Source of the DNA: an uncultured delta proteobacterium | GTDB lineage: Bacteria; Myxococcota_A; UBA9160; UBA4427 | NCBI GenBank assembly: GCA_963822965.1 | Contig: CAWGJT010000005.1 | Coordinates: forward strand, 1,504,001 to 1,568,000 | Reading direction: 5' to 3' | DNA length: 64,000 bases | Shown: piece by piece, positions 56,224-64,000 of the stretch | Layout of the letters: the number at the start of each line of letters is the position of its first letter | Numbering within the stretch: the first letter of the stretch is position 1 | Program-made: the position numbers and the translations under genes | The notes under the pieces: model-generated | The model's input: only the letters and a program-made list of their open reading frames with translations | Told to the model about the DNA's origin: nothing | Databases searched by the model: none

Positions 56224-58912
56224 CGCCCGCATCCTCGCTCTCGACCTCGAAGCCGAGGTCCCGCGCCAGCCCCAGCATCGCGCGATTGCTGTCGAGCACC
56301 TGTCCCACGAGTCGCCGGGTCCCGCGCGAACGGCAGTAGCGGATCAGCTTCTCGAGCATGGCCTTGCCGAGACCGCGCCCCTTGAAGTCGGACCGGACGA
56401 TCACGGCGAACTCCGCCCGCTCGTTGTCCGGGTCGGTGACGGCGCGCACGACGCCGAGGGTCTCGTCGGGCGCCTCCCTGCGATAGGCGATGAACGCCAT
56501 CTCCCGGTCGTAGTCGATCTGGGTGTAGCGGGCGAGCTGGGAGTGCGGCATCTCCCGAACCATGTTGAAGAATCGAAAGTAGACGTCGTTGGGGTCGAGC
56601 CGCTCGAAGAAGGCCCGATGCGCGGGCTCGTCCTCGGGACGAATGGGGCGGGCGACCACGGTCTGCCGCCCGGGAAGCGAGAGGGTCTCCTCGAGCTCGG
56701 CCGGATACGGCCGGATCGCGAGCGCGACGCGCTCGGCCGGTGGACCGATCCGGATGCGCGCATCCAACGCGACGACCCCGTGCTCGTCGGCGAGCAGCGG
56801 ATTCACGTCCAGCTCGCGGATCTCGGGCAGGTCGACGACGAGCTGCGAGATGCGGACCAGCGTCTCCACGAGCGCGGCGTGGTCGACGGCCGGCCGATCT
56901 CGATAGGCCTCGAGGAGACGAGCCACCCGGGTTCGTTCGACGAGCTCGCGGGCGAGATTGGCGTTGAGCGGTGGCAAGCCCAGGGCGCGATCGCCGAGCA
57001 CCTCGACCGCCGTTCCCCCCTGTCCGAAGAGCAGCACCGGACCGAAGATCGGGTCCGTCGTGGCGCCGGCGATCAGCTCGCGTGCACCCGGCCGCCGTTC
57101 CATGCGCTGCACCACGAAGCCCTCGATCCGGGCGTCGGGCCGCTCCGAGCGGACCCGACGGACCATCACCTCTGCGGCGGCCGCGACCGCGTCCGCGTCT
57201 TCGAGATCGAGCGCCACGCCGCCGAGCTCGCTCTTGTGCACCACGTCCGGCGAGAGGATCTTGAGCGCGACCGGGAAGCCGACCTCCTCTGCGAGCCGGG
57301 ACGCCCGGGCTGCGTCCGGCGCCGCGCGCGTCTCCACCACGGGAATGCGGTAGGCGGCGAGGACCGCCATGGCGTCGGCGGCCGAGAGCCACTCCCTTCC
57401 CGCGGCCGCGGCCGCTTGCAGGATGCCTCGGGCGGCCGCCACGTCGGGTGCGACGCCGGCCACGAAGCGCGGCGGCGTCTCGAGGAGCTGCTCCTGGTTC
57501 TCCCGGTACGCGACCATGTACAGAAAGGACCGGACGGCGTCCTCGGGCGTGTCGTAGGTGGGAAGGCTCGCTTCGCGCAGGAGGCGACGCGCCGCCTCGG
57601 CACCCGCTCCGCCCAGCCAGCTCGTGAGCACGACGCCGCGCGGCGGCCGTTCGGCCAGCGCCCCGATCACGGCCTGCGCCGCCTCCCGGCCGGAGGCGAG
57701 CGCCGTGGGCGCGTGCAGGACGAGCAGCCCCGTGCCCGAGGCGTCGTTCCCCAGCGCGCGAATCGCTTCCTCGTAGCGTCGACCCGTCGCGTCGCCCACC
57801 AGGTCGACGGGATTGCCGCCGGACCAGGTGGGCGGCAGGACGGCGTCGAGCTTCGCGTGCGTCTCCGGCGACAGGGAGGCCAGACGCCCGCCTCCGGCGA
57901 GGAGTGCATCGGTCGCCATCACCCCCGGCCCACCGCCGTTCGTGACGATGGTCAGCTCGCGGCCCCGAGCCGGGTGCGCGCGAGCGAGGGTCTCGGCCGC
58001 GTCGAAGAGGTCGGCGATCCGCTCGACGCGCAGCATGCCGGCCCGCCGGATGGCCGCGTCCACCACGTCGTCCGCCGCGGCCAGCGCCCCGGTGTGCGAG
58101 GCGGCCGCGCGCGCGGCGTCGCGGAGCCTGCCGGACTTGATCACGATCACCGGCTTGTTTCGGGCCGCCGCGCGACCCGCCGACATGAATTTCCGCGCTT
58201 CGACGAGCCCCTCCAGATACAGGAGCACCGCCCGGGTGCCCGGATCGGCGCTCAGATGGTCGAGCACGTCCCCGACGTCGACGTCGATGCTGTTGCCGAG
58301 CGAGACGAAGCACGAAAAGCCGACACCGTGGGACTGCGCCCAGTCGAGCACCGCGGTGCAGAGGGCGCCCGACTGCGAGACGAACGCGAGACGGCCCGGC
58401 GCAGCGGGCACGTGCGCGAAGGACGCGTCGAGGCCGATGCCGGGAACCAGCAACCCGACACAGTTCGGGCCGAGGATGCGGGTTCCGTGGCGGCGGGCCG
58501 CGGCCAGCGTCGCCGCCTGCAGGTTCGGCGCGGCTCTCTTCGCACCCGGGTTCGGTTTCCGGGTGCGCGCCGCGCTTCCGCCCGCGGTGTCGCGCCGCTC
58601 GAGGCCGGCGGTGAGGACGACGACGGCTCGTGTCCCCCGCCGGCCCAGCGCCTCCACGATCCCCGGAACCGTCTCCGGCGGCGTCGCGACCACCCCGAGG
58701 TCCGGCACGCGGGGCAGACTCGCCACGTCCGGGTAGGCGAGCACGCCGGCCACCGCCTCCTCATGCGGATTCACGGGCATCACCGCACCCTCGAAGCCGC
58801 CGTGCAGGAGGTTTCGGGTCACCACCGCGCCCACGCTGTGCGCGCGGTTCGACGCGCCGACGACCGCCACCGAACGGGGTGCGAACAACGCCTCGAGGTT
58901 GCGGACAGTCAT
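56189..58912 (-). CDS. Bifunctional acetate--CoA ligase-like / GNAT protein lysine acetyltransferase (Pat/YfiQ type)
   Basis: PRSVAVVGAS, GPNCVG, SQSGA, SHTGALA, NPVD and HKSELGGV motifs, with C-terminal GNAT (QIDYDREMA, KGRGLG). Confidence 0.92.
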   Translation of the reverse strand: MTVRNLEALFAPRSVAVVGASNRAHSVGAVVTRNLLHGGFEGAVMPVNPHEEAVAGVLAYPDVASLPRVPDLGVVATPPETVPGIVEALGRRGTRAVVVLTAGLERRDTAGGSAARTRKPNPGAKRAAPNLQAATLAAARRHGTRILGPNCVGLLVPGIGLDASFAHVPAAPGRLAFVSQSGALCTAVLDWAQSHGVGFSCFVSLGNSIDVDVGDVLDHLSADPGTRAVLLYLEGLVEARKFMSAGRAAARNKPVIVIKSGRLRDAARAAASHTGALAAADDVVDAAIRRAGMLRVERIADLFDAAETLARAHPARGRELTIVTNGGGPGVMATDALLAGGGRLASLSPETHAKLDAVLPPTWSGGNPVDLVGDATGRRYEEAIRALGNDASGTGLLVLHAPTALASGREAAQAVIGALAERPPRGVVLTSWLGGAGAEAARRLLREASLPTYDTPEDAVRSFLYMVAYRENQEQLLETPPRFVAGVAPDVAAARGILQAAAAAGREWLSAADAMAVLAAYRIPVVETRAAPDAARASRLAEEVGFPVALKILSPDVVHKSELGGVALDLEDADAVAAAAEVMVRRVRSERPDARIEGFVVQRMERRPGARELIAGATTDPIFGPVLLFGQGGTAVEVLGDRALGLPPLNANLARELVERTRVARLLEAYRDRPAVDHAALVETLVRISQLVVDLPEIRELDVNPLLADEHGVVALDARIRIGPPAERVALAIRPYPAELEETLSLPGRQTVVARPIRPEDEPAHRAFFERLDPNDVYFRFFNMVREMPHSQLARYTQIDYDREMAFIAYRREAPDETLGVVRAVTDPDNERAEFAVIVRSDFKGRGLGKAMLEKLIRYCRSRGTRRLVGQVLDSNRAMLGLARDLGFEVESEDAGVIDVGLALQGE

Positions 58913-58932
58913 CGTCCCTCCGCGTCTGGCAG

Positions 58933-58992
58933 GCCGACCCGAGGTGGGTCGGCTAGCACCGCTGAGGGAGCCCAAGGGGCTCCCTCGGCTAG
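58933..58992. repeat. Two-hairpin REP-like element, copy 2
   Basis: GCCGACCC-gaggt-GGGTCGGC and GAGGGAGCCC-aag-GGGCTCCCTC hairpins. Inverted homologue of 16540-16608. Confidence 0.6.
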
Positions 58993-59621
58993 GTGCCCGT
59001 CAAGGTGGGAAGCGCGCCCCGCACTCCGTTGAGCATGAACTGCACCGCGATGGCGGCGAGCAGCAGCCCCATCAGACGCCCGATGACGCGCAGGGTGATC
59101 TGTCCCAGGAAGGCGGAGTAGCGCACCGCCGCGAACAGCAGCACGAAGGTACCGGCGTAGATGAGCGCCACGGTTCCCACGAGCAGGCCAAGCTGGAGCG
59201 GTCCGGTGGCCTGGCTCTCGAGCACGATCGCGGTGGTGATGCTGCCGGGGCCGCAGAGCATCGGCACCCCGAGCGGGGTCACGGCGACGTCGTGCTTCTC
59301 GATGGCCTCGGCGCGTTCTTCCGGCGTGAGGTGGCTGCGCGCGCCCCGCAGCATCTCGAGGCCGACCCGCAGGATGACGAGCCCGCCCGCGATCTGCAGG
59401 GCGGGAATGCTCACCTGGAAGGAGCCCAGGATGCGCGAGCCGAGCAGCGAGAAGGCCGTCATCACCAGGAAGGCGATGATGCAGGCCCGGCGCGCCATCG
59501 AGATGCGGGCGGCGTCGCCGTCCTCCTCGGTGAGGGCGAGGAACGTGGGAATCGTCCCGAGCGGGCTCAGGATGGCGAAGAGCGAGCCGAAGGCGAGCAA
59601 CGCATAGGAGGCAAGATCCAT
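58989..59621 (-). CDS. MarC family membrane protein
   Basis: LFAILSPLG..P.F, PLGVP...GPGSI and RLMGLLLAAIAVQF motifs. Confidence 0.92.
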   Translation of the reverse strand: MDLASYALLAFGSLFAILSPLGTIPTFLALTEEDGDAARISMARRACIIAFLVMTAFSLLGSRILGSFQVSIPALQIAGGLVILRVGLEMLRGARSHLTPEERAEAIEKHDVAVTPLGVPMLCGPGSITTAIVLESQATGPLQLGLLVGTVALIYAGTFVLLFAAVRYSAFLGQITLRVIGRLMGLLLAAIAVQFMLNGVRGALPTLTGT

Positions 59622-59786
59622 CGCGCGTCACGATAGGGCTTCTGTCCGGAGCCAACGCGACATCGATCTCCCTTCGGGGACAGCTCATCGTCGCCCGGGA
59701 GGCCTGAGACGGGCCTCGACGGCTCCGAGGGAGGATCCTGGTGGGGATGTCAAGATCCACTCGAATAGTTACGATAGACACTATCC

Positions 59787-60290
59787 ATGGCCCACCTCGT
59801 CCGCCGCAGCCCCGATCGCATCGAGATCCGCGAGAGCGTCGCGACGCCACGCGGGCCCCGGGCGCGGCTGCTGGCGAGCTTCGCCGAGCCGCTCACCCCG
59901 GACGTGCTCGAGCGCGCCGCCGCGCGCGCCGCGCGGCCCTTCGATCGCCGCCGGCTGCTGCGCCGAGCCCGGGCGCTGGGCATCGAGGTCGCCGAGCGGT
60001 CGCGCGAGCCCGAGGCCCGGGCGCTGCTGGCCCGTCTGCACCGGCCGGACCCCCTGGACCCGACCCTCGCCGCTGCCTTGCGCGAGGCGCTGGCGCGGCT
60101 TCCCGAGGCACCCGTCCCCGAGCCCCTGGCCGAAGTCGCGGAATGGGTGGGAGCCAGCGCGTCCGAGCGCGGCGCCAGTCTGCGCGAGCTGCTCGACCTC
60201 TACGGCAGGATCGCCGACAGCCGTCCGGCGCGCAGGCGGCGCGAAGGCGAGCGCTTCCCCCGCTTCTCGTCCTTGCGCGAGGCGGGCTGA
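59787..60290 (+). CDS. Hypothetical protein (putative antitoxin)
   Basis: 167-aa ORF ending 2 nt before the nucleotidyltransferase gene. Preceded by an AT-rich palindromic region. Confidence 0.6.
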   Translation: MAHLVRRSPDRIEIRESVATPRGPRARLLASFAEPLTPDVLERAAARAARPFDRRRLLRRARALGIEVAERSREPEARALLARLHRPDPLDPTLAAALREALARLPEAPVPEPLAEVAEWVGASASERGASLRELLDLYGRIADSRPARRRREGERFPRFSSLREAG

Positions 60291-60292
60291 GG

Positions 60293-60871
60293 GTGGCGCC
60301 GAGCCCCGGCCCGACGCCTTCCCTCTCCGAGAAGGTGCTGCTCCTCGAAGAGGCGTTCGCCGCGCGACGCATCCCCCACGCCTTCGGCGGTGCCCTCGCC
60401 CTGGCCTACTACGCGACGCCGCGGGCCACCATCGACATCGACGTCAACGTCTTCACCCCGGTCGATCGGGCGGACGAGGTGCTGGAGATGCTTCGCGCCC
60501 TCGGCGCCGACCCTCTGGCCGACGCGGAGCATGCACGGCTCCAGCGCGACGGTCAGGTGCGCGTGCGTTGGGACAAGACCCCCATCGACCTCTTCTTCGC
60601 CTACGACCCCTTCCACGAGAGCTGTCTCGAGCGACGACGGCAGATGCCCTTCGGTGCGGGAGACGCCATCCACGTGCTCGCCGCGGAGGACCTGCTCGTC
60701 TTCAAGGCGATCTTCGACCGCCAGAAGGACTGGCGGGACATCGAAGAGGTGACCTTCGCGCTGGGCGACGCCCTCGACGGCGACTACGCGCGGGCCTGGC
60801 TCGAGCGGATCGTCGGCGCGCAGGACGATCGCTACCGGCGGCTCGACGAGGCCCTGTCCCGCTATTCGTGA
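60293..60871 (+). CDS. Pol-beta-superfamily nucleotidyltransferase (DUF6036/AbiEii-like)
   Basis: GGALAL..Y..PRAT.DID, EDLLVFK and R.KD..DI motifs. Confidence 0.8.
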   Translation: MAPSPGPTPSLSEKVLLLEEAFAARRIPHAFGGALALAYYATPRATIDIDVNVFTPVDRADEVLEMLRALGADPLADAEHARLQRDGQVRVRWDKTPIDLFFAYDPFHESCLERRRQMPFGAGDAIHVLAAEDLLVFKAIFDRQKDWRDIEEVTFALGDALDGDYARAWLERIVGAQDDRYRRLDEALSRYS

Positions 60872-62556
60872 GCCGCGGGCGCTCTCTGAGCCGCAGGCGC
60901 GTCGGCGGTCTCTTCCCCGCCGTTCGACTCATGGTCGTTCGTGTCTTCCTTGCGGGTGAGCAGGCTGGCCAGGAAGCGCGCGGCCCGCTCGCTCTGCTCC
61001 AGCAGGCGCCGCACGTTGCTCAGCCAGTCCAGGGTCTGCACGAGCGCGGGCACGGACAGCGCGCCACGGCTTCCCGCCTCCAGCAGCGAGGCCTTCAGGG
61101 CGTGGTACTGCTCCTCGAGCGCGGCCGTCTGCGAGGCCAGGTCCGCTACTTGAAACTCCGGGCGCTCCACGCCGGTCTCCTCCACGAAGCGGCGTACCCC
61201 CGCGACGAAGCGCTGCACCTCCTGCTCGAGACGAGGGTCGTCGCAGGCCGCTCGCAGGGCGCCACCGGCTGCCACCATGCCGGCCAGCTCCGCCGTCTCG
61301 GCGTAGTAGCGCGAGACACGGAGCGCCGTCGGCAGCAGCGGGTCGAGCTCGGCCGGGAGCACGGTCCGTTGCAGCCGCTGGATGTACTCGCCGATCGCCT
61401 CGATGAGGAAGGCCAACGAGCGCTGGCCTGCCGCGATGCCGCCCCGGGCACGGCGGTCGCCCGCCAGGGAGGCCCCCGCGAGCCGGCGCGTGATCTGGCC
61501 CGCCCGGGCGAGCTCCATCACCATGGCGTCGAGTGCGAGATAGGGAGTGGAGAGGACGTTGCGGTCCAGGAAGCGAGGCCTGGCCTCGTCCTCTTCGTGG
61601 GTGCGGAAGCGGGCCTCGAGAGACCGCACGAGCCGGCCGGTCAGGGGCCACATCAGCGCCACCCCCAGCAGGTTGAAGAGCGTGTGGAAGCCCGCGAGCA
61701 CCGCCGCCGGCTCGGCGTCCAGGGACAGGGCCGCGCGCCCGCGGACGATGCCGAAGAGCAGCAGCGGCAGCAGCAGCAGGGCGACGGCTCCCGTGGTGAC
61801 GTTGAAGGCCACGTGCCCGACAGCCACCCGCTTGGCGTTGGGGGTGGCGCCGATCGACGCGAGAGCGGCCGTCGAGGTGGTGCCGACGTTGGCGCCGATC
61901 ACCAGGGCCGCGCCGCTGCCCAGGGAGACCACACCGCCCGCGGTCGCCGTGAGGACGATCGCCAGCGCGGCGCTCGAGGATTGCATGAGCAAGGTGAGCA
62001 CGAAGCCCAACACGACGAACAGCGGGACGTGGAGCGGGCCGGCCGCAAGCGAAGCCAGCTCGACCTGGCCGCCCAGCCCTTCGAAGCCCGTGCGCAGGGC
62101 GTCGATCCCCAGGAAGAAGATGCCGAAGCCCGCGAGGGCCTCACCGAAGGAGCCGAGCCGGCCGTGGGGCACGAAGAGTCGCAGCCCCATGCCGACGCCC
62201 ACGAGCGGGAGCGAGAGCGCTCCCAGGTCCAGGTGGAAGCCGACCGTGGCGACGAGCCAGGCGGTCATGGTGGTGCCGACGTTGCTGCCGTAGGTGATGG
62301 CGAGCGCCTGCGACAGGCTCAGCAGGCCCGCGTTCACGAAGCCGATGGTGGCCACGGTGACCGCGCTCGACGACTGCACGAGCGAGGTCACCAGGGCGCC
62401 CGCAGCGATGCCGCGCAGGGGCGTGCGCGTGGACCGCGCGAGCACCCCGCGAAGCGCCTCGCCGACGGCGGACTTCAGCCCCTCGGTCATCAGCCTCATC
62501 CCGAGCAGGAAGAGACCGACGCCACCGAGGAGCTGGACGGCGTGCTCGAGACTCAC
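60862..62556 (-). CDS. Na/Pi cotransporter family protein
   Basis: LGGVGLFLLGM, twin QSSSA motifs, GSNVGTT/GANVGTT and a PhoU-like tail. Confidence 0.92.
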   Translation of the reverse strand: MSLEHAVQLLGGVGLFLLGMRLMTEGLKSAVGEALRGVLARSTRTPLRGIAAGALVTSLVQSSSAVTVATIGFVNAGLLSLSQALAITYGSNVGTTMTAWLVATVGFHLDLGALSLPLVGVGMGLRLFVPHGRLGSFGEALAGFGIFFLGIDALRTGFEGLGGQVELASLAAGPLHVPLFVVLGFVLTLLMQSSSAALAIVLTATAGGVVSLGSGAALVIGANVGTTSTAALASIGATPNAKRVAVGHVAFNVTTGAVALLLLPLLLFGIVRGRAALSLDAEPAAVLAGFHTLFNLLGVALMWPLTGRLVRSLEARFRTHEEDEARPRFLDRNVLSTPYLALDAMVMELARAGQITRRLAGASLAGDRRARGGIAAGQRSLAFLIEAIGEYIQRLQRTVLPAELDPLLPTALRVSRYYAETAELAGMVAAGGALRAACDDPRLEQEVQRFVAGVRRFVEETGVERPEFQVADLASQTAALEEQYHALKASLLEAGSRGALSVPALVQTLDWLSNVRRLLEQSERAARFLASLLTRKEDTNDHESNGGEETADAPAAQRAPAAHE

Positions 62557-62665
62557 GACGGCCGGCGGCGCTTCGTGCCGGTGTCGTCCAACCCGGAATC
62601 GCCGTGGGGGTCCATCTGCGGCTGCATCTCATCGCACCCGCGCGCGGGCCGCAACCGCCGCCCCC

Positions 62666-63172
62666 TCAGTCGTCGTCGTGGAGCGCGGCGGGCCGTCCCA
62701 CCGGCCGCGACCCGGCTCCGGCGTCCAGATAGGCGCTGGCGGCGCCGTGGGTGTAGACGAGCTCGCCGCCGTGGTGTCCCGTGATGCCGACCGCCACCGC
62801 CGCGGCGACGGTTCCGGCGACCGTGAGCGCCCGGGCGATGCCGCCCAGCGGCGATCGCAGCAGGCCCGCCGCGGCGAACGGAAGCGTGAGCCCCGCCAGC
62901 AGCAGGAAGCGTTCCGCGGCCTCCTCGTGCTCCTCGATGGCCTGCTCGGAGACCACGCGCTCGACGGTCTCCTCCTCGTCCTGCCCGGTGTCGAGGGCGA
63001 GGAGCCCGGATGCCACCACGCAGGCCTGCAGGACGAGCACGACCACCCAGGCGGCGGTACGAATGCGTCCGGTGTGGATCGCCCAGACCCCCGCGGCGGC
63101 CACCACGGGAGCCAGGACGGCAAGGACGATGGGAAAGTGGACAATCGCGGGATGGAGCGGATGGGGAAGCAT
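62666..63172 (-). CDS. DUF2231-like membrane protein
   Basis: PLHPAIVHFPI, HEE and GHHGGELVY.HG motifs. Confidence 0.8.
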   Translation of the reverse strand: MLPHPLHPAIVHFPIVLAVLAPVVAAAGVWAIHTGRIRTAAWVVVLVLQACVVASGLLALDTGQDEEETVERVVSEQAIEEHEEAAERFLLLAGLTLPFAAAGLLRSPLGGIARALTVAGTVAAAVAVGITGHHGGELVYTHGAASAYLDAGAGSRPVGRPAALHDDD

Positions 63173-63302
63173 GGGGTACGCCTCTCTTCTCGGTCGTTCT
63201 CGCGGGGGATCCGCGGGAGCGGGACGGGAAGCTGGCTTCCGCTGACCTGCTGCACCATCCGGCAACTGACTCGGACGGCCCCCGGCGGGCCGCGGAGCGC
63301 AC

Positions 63303-63890
63303 GTGGCACATCCGTCGAATGACCTGGATCCCCGCTTCCGGGTGGGTCTCAGCGCCCTGCTGGCGGCGATCGCTGCGTTCGGCGCGGTGGACCTGGCGCT
63401 CGACCAGGCGGACTCGTGGCTCTCCCCCCATGTGCTCTTCGAGCTGGGCTTCGTGGCGCTGTGCCTGTCTGCGGTCGTCTATCTCTGGCGCGGTTGGGCG
63501 GGAGCCCGGCGCGGTCTCCACAGCACGACCCGGGAGCTTCGCGACCGGGAGGGCGAGCGCGACCTGTGGAAGGCCCGGGCGACGAAGCTCCTGCAGGGGC
63601 TGGGCGCCGAGATCGAGGCGCAGTTCGACCAGTGGTCGCTCACGCCCGCCGAGAAGGAGGTGGCCCTGCTCCTCCTGAAGGGTCTCGGTCACAAGGAGGC
63701 CGCCGCGGTGCTCGGGCGCAGCGAGCGCACCGTGCGCCAGCACGCGGTCAACGTCTACCGCAAGTCCGGCCTGGCCGGGCGCGCCGAGCTGTCGGCGTTC
63801 TTCCTGGAAGACCTGCTGCTACCGGCGGCCGACGGTCGCGGAAGCCCGGATCAGGCGGAGCCGTCGCTGCGAACGGCGGTCACCGAGTAG
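63303..63890 (+). CDS. Membrane-anchored LuxR-type HTH regulator
   Basis: Two N-terminal TM helices and LTPAEKEVALLLLKG...SERTVRQHA..VYRK. Divergent from the DUF2231 gene. Confidence 0.88.
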   Translation: MAHPSNDLDPRFRVGLSALLAAIAAFGAVDLALDQADSWLSPHVLFELGFVALCLSAVVYLWRGWAGARRGLHSTTRELRDREGERDLWKARATKLLQGLGAEIEAQFDQWSLTPAEKEVALLLLKGLGHKEAAAVLGRSERTVRQHAVNVYRKSGLAGRAELSAFFLEDLLLPAADGRGSPDQAEPSLRTAVTE

Positions 63891-64000
63891 ACGATGCCGT
63901 CGTCCTTGCCGGCGCTCAGCACCCAACGAGAGAGCCCGGGGGGCTGGGCCGCGTTCTCCTTCGCCCAGGCGAGGAAGTCGCGGAACATGCCGTAGTGCAT
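63851..64000 (-). CDS. 3' end of a gene running off the window
   Basis: Open frame ...MHYGMFRDFLAWAKENAAQPPGLSRWVLSAGKDDGIVYSVTAVRSDGSA* with GC3-rich codons. Confidence 0.45.
   Translation of the reverse strand: MHYGMFRDFLAWAKENAAQPPGLSRWVLSAGKDDGIVYSVTAVRSDGSA

Overview
This is a very GC-rich bacterial chromosomal segment. The PEP-CTERM protein, sigma54 control and RRM protein are compatible with a Myxococcota/deltaproteobacterial-like organism, but that assignment is inference only. No rRNA, tRNA, CRISPR array, transposase or phage gene was seen. Left part: a 5'-truncated giant secreted Ig/PKD-repeat protein with a di-heme c domain; cydAB; a sulfotransferase-arsC-acr3-ectA-ectB-(28-aa micro-ORF, no ectC)-ask run; modABC; trkAH; an FMN glutamate-synthase-family gene; a PEP-CTERM remnant; an RRM gene followed by an orphan ThsB-like TIR gene; and two HupE/UreJ genes. 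Middle: a 16-kb alpha-glucan/trehalose operon (glgE-treS/mak-glgB-glgX-treZ-treY-malQ) with about 18 frameshifts, probably sequencing artefacts. Right part: a sigma54 activator with a truncated receiver domain, a transaldolase-family gene plus a stand-alone PAS gene, ligD-PE, ppsA, cfa, a degenerate acetate kinase, an M50-CBS protease, a Pat-type acetyltransferase, marC, a toxin-antitoxin-like nucleotidyltransferase pair, a Na/Pi transporter and a LuxR regulator. The most notable signal is five sigma54 -24/-12 promoters, each paired with a shared upstream TTGYAGAWYC motif, suggesting a local dormancy/stress regulon. Other highlights are the di-heme surface protein, the ectC-less ect operon with a bridging micro-ORF, and a repeated two-hairpin REP-like element.
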